A stretch of 27,731 nucleotides of DNA from a virus. Taxonomy: Duplodnaviria > Caudoviricetes. The DNA lies in IMG/VR virus record IMGVR_UViG_3300035561_000064, positions 1 through 27,731 of that record. The stretch is one strand, 5' to 3'. Below the pieces are notes generated by a model, which was not told where the DNA came from, made no database searches, and saw only the letters and a list, made by a program, of their open reading frames with translations. Below are positions 23,372 through 27,731 of the stretch, piece after piece. A program made the translations under genes and the position numbers. Each line of letters begins with the position of its first letter. Position 1 is the first letter of the stretch.

Positions 23372-24301
23372 ATGGGATTGACAAATTTTCCGAATGGCGT
23401 TTCCTCTTTTGGTGTTCCGGTCCTCGGCGGCACCACCGGCAAGATCTTTTTCGTCCACGCCACCACCGGCAGCGACGGGAACAAAGGCACCTCTCCCTCC
23501 AAACCGCTGGCGACCATCAACGCGGCGGTCGAGAAATGCACCGCCAATCAGGGCGACATTATCTACCTCATGCCGGGTCACGTTGAGGATCTGGCCGACA
23601 CCACCACCACCGGGGCGATTGATCTGGATGTGGCCGGGATCAGCCTCATCGGGCTTGGCTCCGGTTCACTGCAGCCGCGCATCGACTTCAATCACGCCGA
23701 TTCCGACTTCTTTGTGGGGGCCGACAACGTGACCATCGAGAACGTGCGCTTTCATGCGGATGTGACCGATGTCAAGATCGGCATCAACATCGAGGACGGG
23801 GTGGACTATTGCACCATCCGCAAATGCCTGTTCGACGTGGAAACCACCGGTACCGACGAATTCCTGTATTCCATCCAATTCAACGACGCCAGCAACTTCG
23901 GTCTGGTCGAGGATTGTGATTTCGATATGGGTCTGGGCGGGGCGACCGGCGCGATTGGCTTCATCAAGGACACGGACGGGACCACGGTTCGCAACTGCCG
24001 CATCCAGGGCGACTACTCTACCGCCTGCATCGTCGGCACCACGACCGCCAGCACCAAGCTGGACATTGACGGCAATCTGCTGATCAACGGCAATTCCGGC
24101 AACATCGGCACCGAGCCGGGGATTGATCTGGTGACCGGCAGCACCGGCACCATCCGCAACAACTACATCGTCTGTAACTTGGCGACCATGGCCGCTTCGA
24201 TTGTCGCGGACACCTGTATGCTGTTCCAGAACTACTACAACGAGGACATCTCTTCGGCAGGTACTGGCGGATTGATCGGCACCGCATCGGCCAACGACTA
24301 A
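23372..24301 (+). CDS. Virion protein with right-handed beta-helix (pectate-lyase-like) fold
   Basis: LTNFPNG N-terminus; FFV....GSDGN.GTS...PLATI..AV..C....GDII..MPGH.E; repeated (V/I).NC.(F/I) rungs. Confidence 0.75.
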   Translation: MGLTNFPNGVSSFGVPVLGGTTGKIFFVHATTGSDGNKGTSPSKPLATINAAVEKCTANQGDIIYLMPGHVEDLADTTTTGAIDLDVAGISLIGLGSGSLQPRIDFNHADSDFFVGADNVTIENVRFHADVTDVKIGINIEDGVDYCTIRKCLFDVETTGTDEFLYSIQFNDASNFGLVEDCDFDMGLGGATGAIGFIKDTDGTTVRNCRIQGDYSTACIVGTTTASTKLDIDGNLLINGNSGNIGTEPGIDLVTGSTGTIRNNYIVCNLATMAASIVADTCMLFQNYYNEDISSAGTGGLIGTASAND

Positions 24302-24307
24302 CACAGC

Positions 24308-24323
24308 GGGGGCTTCGGCCCCC
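24308..24323 (+). repeat. cUUCGg hairpin, copy 2
   Basis: Identical 16-mer to 23333-23348. Confidence 0.8.
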
Positions 24324-24343
24324 CTGTTCTTGGAGCAACAACC

Positions 24344-24730
24344 ATGGCAAACACCATTACAGTGACCGAGCGGCTTGACGGCACCCGAAAATTTGTCATC
24401 GAGGTGCAAATCGTCGGTGACGGCAGCGGGCAGGAAACCGCCACCAGCATCATCGACGTGTCCGGCATGTCGCCGCCCGCCAATGCCGTCGCCATTCAGA
24501 AGGTTTACGCCTCACTGGACGGCTTTTCGGCCCGGCTTTTGTGGGACGCGACGTCTGATGTGGACGCCTGCATTCTGCCCGAAGGGGAGAGCGGCATCGA
24601 TTTTATGGCGATTGGCGGCCCGCTCTTGAACACTTCCGGCGCGGGCAAAACCGGCGATCTGCTGCTGGCCACCACCGGCCTGGGGGCCACCGGCAGAGGG
24701 CAGATCCGCATCGAGGGCTACAAGAAATGA
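24344..24730 (+). CDS. Virion structural protein (hypothetical)
   Basis: RBS ggag; DG.GQE....IDVS...LLWDAT.D...DF..IGG...G.GKTGD..L.T pattern of podovirus head-region proteins. Confidence 0.7.
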   Translation: MANTITVTERLDGTRKFVIEVQIVGDGSGQETATSIIDVSGMSPPANAVAIQKVYASLDGFSARLLWDATSDVDACILPEGESGIDFMAIGGPLLNTSGAGKTGDLLLATTGLGATGRGQIRIEGYKK

Positions 24731-24963
24731 CCTACATTCCCGGCGACCATTGGGTAATTTGCGACCAGACGGGTTTTAAGGTGCGGCGGTCCCAAGTGGT
24801 GAAACAGTGGGACGGCCTGCTGGTGCGCCGGGATCAGCACGACCCGCGCCACCCGCAGGAGTTGGTGAAAGCCAAAGCCGACCGGGTAACGGTATCGGAC
24901 CCGCGCCCGAGAAAAACGGACGTGTTTCTTGAGGTGGGCGACGTAACGGGGGATGACCTGTGA
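24727..24963 (+). CDS. Small conserved head-completion-region protein
   Basis: ICDQTGFK......WDGLLV....D.RHPQ......D......PRP; coupled at both ends. Confidence 0.7.
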   Translation: MTYIPGDHWVICDQTGFKVRRSQVVKQWDGLLVRRDQHDPRHPQELVKAKADRVTVSDPRPRKTDVFLEVGDVTGDDL

Positions 24964-25649
24964 GCACATCGGGAACCGCAACATTCAGCACGACGCGCAA
25001 CAACGTGATTCGGGACGCCCTGCACCTTTTGGGTGTCATCGAATCCAACGCCAGCCCGGAACCGGAAGATCTGCAATTCTGCGGGCGGTTTCTGGACATG
25101 CTTATTAAGCAATGGGCACCCCGGATGAACATCTGGCCCACCAAGGATGTCACCGTCACCCTGACGCCGGGAACGGCCAGCTACGAGATCAAGGCGGGCA
25201 GCCTGGTCATCAACGAACCGCGACCCCTGGCGGTCATTTCGGCCCGCAGGCGGGACACGGCCGGGAATGAAACGCCGATGGATGTGGTGTCTCGCGAGGA
25301 ATACATGGCGATTCCGACCAAGACCACCCAAGCCCCGGCGATCATGGTTTATTACGACCGGCAGCGCACGGACGGCACCCTGTATTTCTGGCCGACCGGC
25401 AGCACCGGGAACGTCACGGTCATCTGCACCCTCAAGCGGGCCTTGGAGGATGTGGGCGACGAGGGCGACGAGCCGGACTTCCCGCCCGAAGGGATCTTGG
25501 GCCTGGTCTACAACCTGGCCACCATCATCTCCCCGGCTTATGGGGGGTTGAGGCAGGACATCGCCGCATTAGCTGTGCAGCTTAAACAGGAATTGCTCGA
25601 CGACGATACCGAAGGCACTTCGCTTTACATTACTCCGAGGTTTAACTGA
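24960..25649 (+). CDS. Head-tail adaptor / tail tubular protein A-like
   Basis: GTGA start; TSGT..F......I.DAL..LG...L..L...W...SREEY..IP.K......YYDRQ......WP...DFP.E....LVYNLA. Confidence 0.7.
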   Translation: MSTSGTATFSTTRNNVIRDALHLLGVIESNASPEPEDLQFCGRFLDMLIKQWAPRMNIWPTKDVTVTLTPGTASYEIKAGSLVINEPRPLAVISARRRDTAGNETPMDVVSREEYMAIPTKTTQAPAIMVYYDRQRTDGTLYFWPTGSTGNVTVICTLKRALEDVGDEGDEPDFPPEGILGLVYNLATIISPAYGGLRQDIAALAVQLKQELLDDDTEGTSLYITPRFN

Positions 25650-27118
25650 TGGCCAACCGAGGCAATATTTTTAGCGTACTGCTGTCCGGGCTGCGGGACA
25701 CCTCCGGGGTTTCCCTGTCGGGCGGCACGGTTTATTTCTACGCTCCCGGCACCGTGATCGCCAAGAGCGTGTATACCGACGACGACCTGACCAACGCGGT
25801 GAATTCCGTCGAACTGGACGCCAACGGGCAGGCGGAGATCTATGGCCGCGGGTTGTACGATGTCGTGGTCAAGGACGCCGACGACGCGGTTCTGTATTCC
25901 TGGGAAAGCGTTTTTCTGGGAAAGGACGTGTTCGTGTCCACCTCGGTGATTGCGGATTATAACGCAACCGCCGATGACAGTCTGATTCTGGTGGATACGA
26001 CCGCCGGGAACGTCACCGTCACCCTGCCAGACCCGGCGACCATGCAGCAAGCGCCGTACATCGTCAAGACCACCGATGATGTCAACACCGTCACCATCTC
26101 CCGTACCGACACCACGATCAACGGGGACGCGAATTATGTGATCTCGTCGCAGTGGGAAGGCGTGCAGATCGCGTTTGACGAAACAAACTTCTACACGCTC
26201 GGCAATTACGCGACTTTGGCCACGACCATCACCACCGCCGCCACTACGGAGACGGCGGGCAAGGTGGAACTGGCGACCAGCGCCGAAACCATCACCGGCA
26301 CGGACCCGGATCGGGCGGTTACGCCTGCGGCACTCAAGGCGGCGCTGGATCTGCTAAGTCCGGTTCTGGCCCCGGCCATCACCGGGATGACGATCAGCAA
26401 CGCCGCCGACACCGAACATGACATTACGATTGCCACCGGCAGCGCCAGGGACGCCGGGAATACCACCGTCATCACCCTGTCGGCAGCCATCACCAAACAG
26501 ATCGACGCCAACTGGACAGCAGGCAGCGCGGCGGGCGGATTTCCTTCCGGCCTGACGATTGCGAACAGCACATGGTATCGGGTTTTCGTCATTCGCAACC
26601 CCTCGACGGGCGTGGTGGACGCGGGTTTTGACACCTCCGCGACGGCGGCCAATCTGCTTGCCGACGCCACCGGCTTTACGCAATATCGGCGGGTTGGTTG
26701 GGTGCGCACAGACGGCAGCGCCAACATTATCAACTTCCGCACTGTCGGGGATCGCGTAGTTTGGAACGTGCCGATTTTGGATCAGTCCAGCACCGCCACC
26801 ACGACCACGGCGACGCTGCACACGATTACCGCGCCCATTAACATGGATGCGGATCTGGTGGTGGGGGTATCTACCTCTTCGGACACCTTTGCCGAGCATT
26901 ACGCCCTGTATACCGCCGAGGCGCAGACGGACACCACCGCCAGTTCGTCGGCCTATACGTTTTATGTCGCCCGCTCCAACGAGACCTATACGCGGATGTC
27001 CGTAGCGCTGTGCATCAATGTCGGGGCCAATCAGCGGATACGGTCCCGGTACAACAACACCAATTATTCGCATCGCATCATGACGATCGGATGGACCGAT
27101 GATCGGCGGGCCGCATGA
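25649..27118 (+). CDS. Tail fibre / receptor-binding-type protein
   Basis: N-terminal G..LSGG.VYFY.PGT...K.VYTD....N.VELDANG.A particle-binding domain; ATTE.AG.VELAT.AE..TGTD..RAVTPA.L fibre repeat; Thr/Ala-rich. Confidence 0.8.
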   Translation: MANRGNIFSVLLSGLRDTSGVSLSGGTVYFYAPGTVIAKSVYTDDDLTNAVNSVELDANGQAEIYGRGLYDVVVKDADDAVLYSWESVFLGKDVFVSTSVIADYNATADDSLILVDTTAGNVTVTLPDPATMQQAPYIVKTTDDVNTVTISRTDTTINGDANYVISSQWEGVQIAFDETNFYTLGNYATLATTITTAATTETAGKVELATSAETITGTDPDRAVTPAALKAALDLLSPVLAPAITGMTISNAADTEHDITIATGSARDAGNTTVITLSAAITKQIDANWTAGSAAGGFPSGLTIANSTWYRVFVIRNPSTGVVDAGFDTSATAANLLADATGFTQYRRVGWVRTDGSANIINFRTVGDRVVWNVPILDQSSTATTTTATLHTITAPINMDADLVVGVSTSSDTFAEHYALYTAEAQTDTTASSSAYTFYVARSNETYTRMSVALCINVGANQRIRSRYNNTNYSHRIMTIGWTDDRRAA

Positions 27119-27675
27119 TCCGCCTGTTCTATATCGTTCCGTTCTGGCTGCTGCTGTTTTTAGTGCGGCAAGTTGTCATCCTGGCCGGGTTCGTCATCAC
27201 GCCCTTTGCGCTGCTGTTCGCCACCGAGCGGGACACATACAGAGTGCCGAAGTGGGCCGAGTGGCGGCTGGTGCGGCTGCCCTGGTGGGCCTGGCCTTGG
27301 GACAACCTGCACGATGGGGCCATGGGCGATATTTATGGCTATTACTGGCGCGACCAAGCGCCCAAGTTCCTCAAGACGGCCTACCTGAAAAAACTCTGGT
27401 GGCTGGCGTGGCGCAATCCTGCCAACAATTTTAGCCGGTTCACGCCGCTGCTGTCGGTCAACCTGGACGGCAAGCGGGTTGTTTTGGCCGCCGAGGGCGA
27501 CAAATGGGAACTGTATCAGGTCGAGGGCAGGCTTTACTACAACTTGCAGGTCTTGGCCTTTGGCGGGCGCTTTCGGCTCGGCCACAAGGTGTTTCCGAAA
27601 TACAACGGGCGGGATTGGAGCCATGATCCGATAGCCGCCATCAAGGGCTTCACCTTTCGTTTCGATAAGGGCTGA
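27115..27675 (+). CDS. Trp-rich hypothetical protein with N-terminal hydrophobic segment
   Basis: RLPWWAWPWDN..DG..GD...WWLAWRNPANNF pattern often seen near phage tail/lysis genes; ATGA overlap. Confidence 0.7.
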   Translation: MIRLFYIVPFWLLLFLVRQVVILAGFVITPFALLFATERDTYRVPKWAEWRLVRLPWWAWPWDNLHDGAMGDIYGYYWRDQAPKFLKTAYLKKLWWLAWRNPANNFSRFTPLLSVNLDGKRVVLAAEGDKWELYQVEGRLYYNLQVLAFGGRFRLGHKVFPKYNGRDWSHDPIAAIKGFTFRFDKG

Positions 27676-27677
27676 TT

Positions 27678-27731
27678 ATGCCATGGATTCCGTTACCCAT
27701 CGTCGGCGGCAGTTATAAAAACGTCGATGAA
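27678..27731 (+). CDS. Partial gene (3'-truncated); probably P22 gp10-like tail/DNA-stabilisation protein
   Basis: MPWIPLPIVGGSYKNVDE...; 'LP.VGGSY' start and gene position. Only 18 codons are visible. Confidence 0.45.
   Translation, partial: MPWIPLPIVGGSYKNVDE

Overview
A 27.7-kb internal segment of a tailed dsDNA phage or prophage (Caudoviricetes, podovirus-like head-tail module). Nearly all genes are on the + strand and many are translationally coupled by ATGA/TGATG overlaps. Order: (1) an early/middle accessory region (1-6105) with a repeat protein, DUF1364, YopX, a C5 DNA methyltransferase carrying a nested out-of-frame ORF, ThyX, a resolvase-like nuclease and SSB; (2) a replication module behind its own promoter and a structured leader (6143-12278), with an initiator-like protein containing iterons, an SF2 helicase, a Toprim primase and a SNF2-helicase/amino-methyltransferase fusion; (3) a lambda pR'/tR'-like late control region followed by Nmad1-like, MazG-like and HExxH genes; (4) a small inverted operon (14053-14811) with its own promoter and operator, ending in an HTH gene, which looks like an acr-aca/anti-defence locus; (5) the morphogenesis operon: TerS, TerL, an ADP-ribosyltransferase-like insert, portal, GroES, scaffold, decoration protein, gpT-type major capsid, beta-helix protein, adaptor, tail fibre and the start of a gp10-like protein. 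I saw no integrase, tRNA, rRNA or CRISPR array. The host cannot be determined from the sequence. All family assignments come from motif recognition by eye, not database searches.
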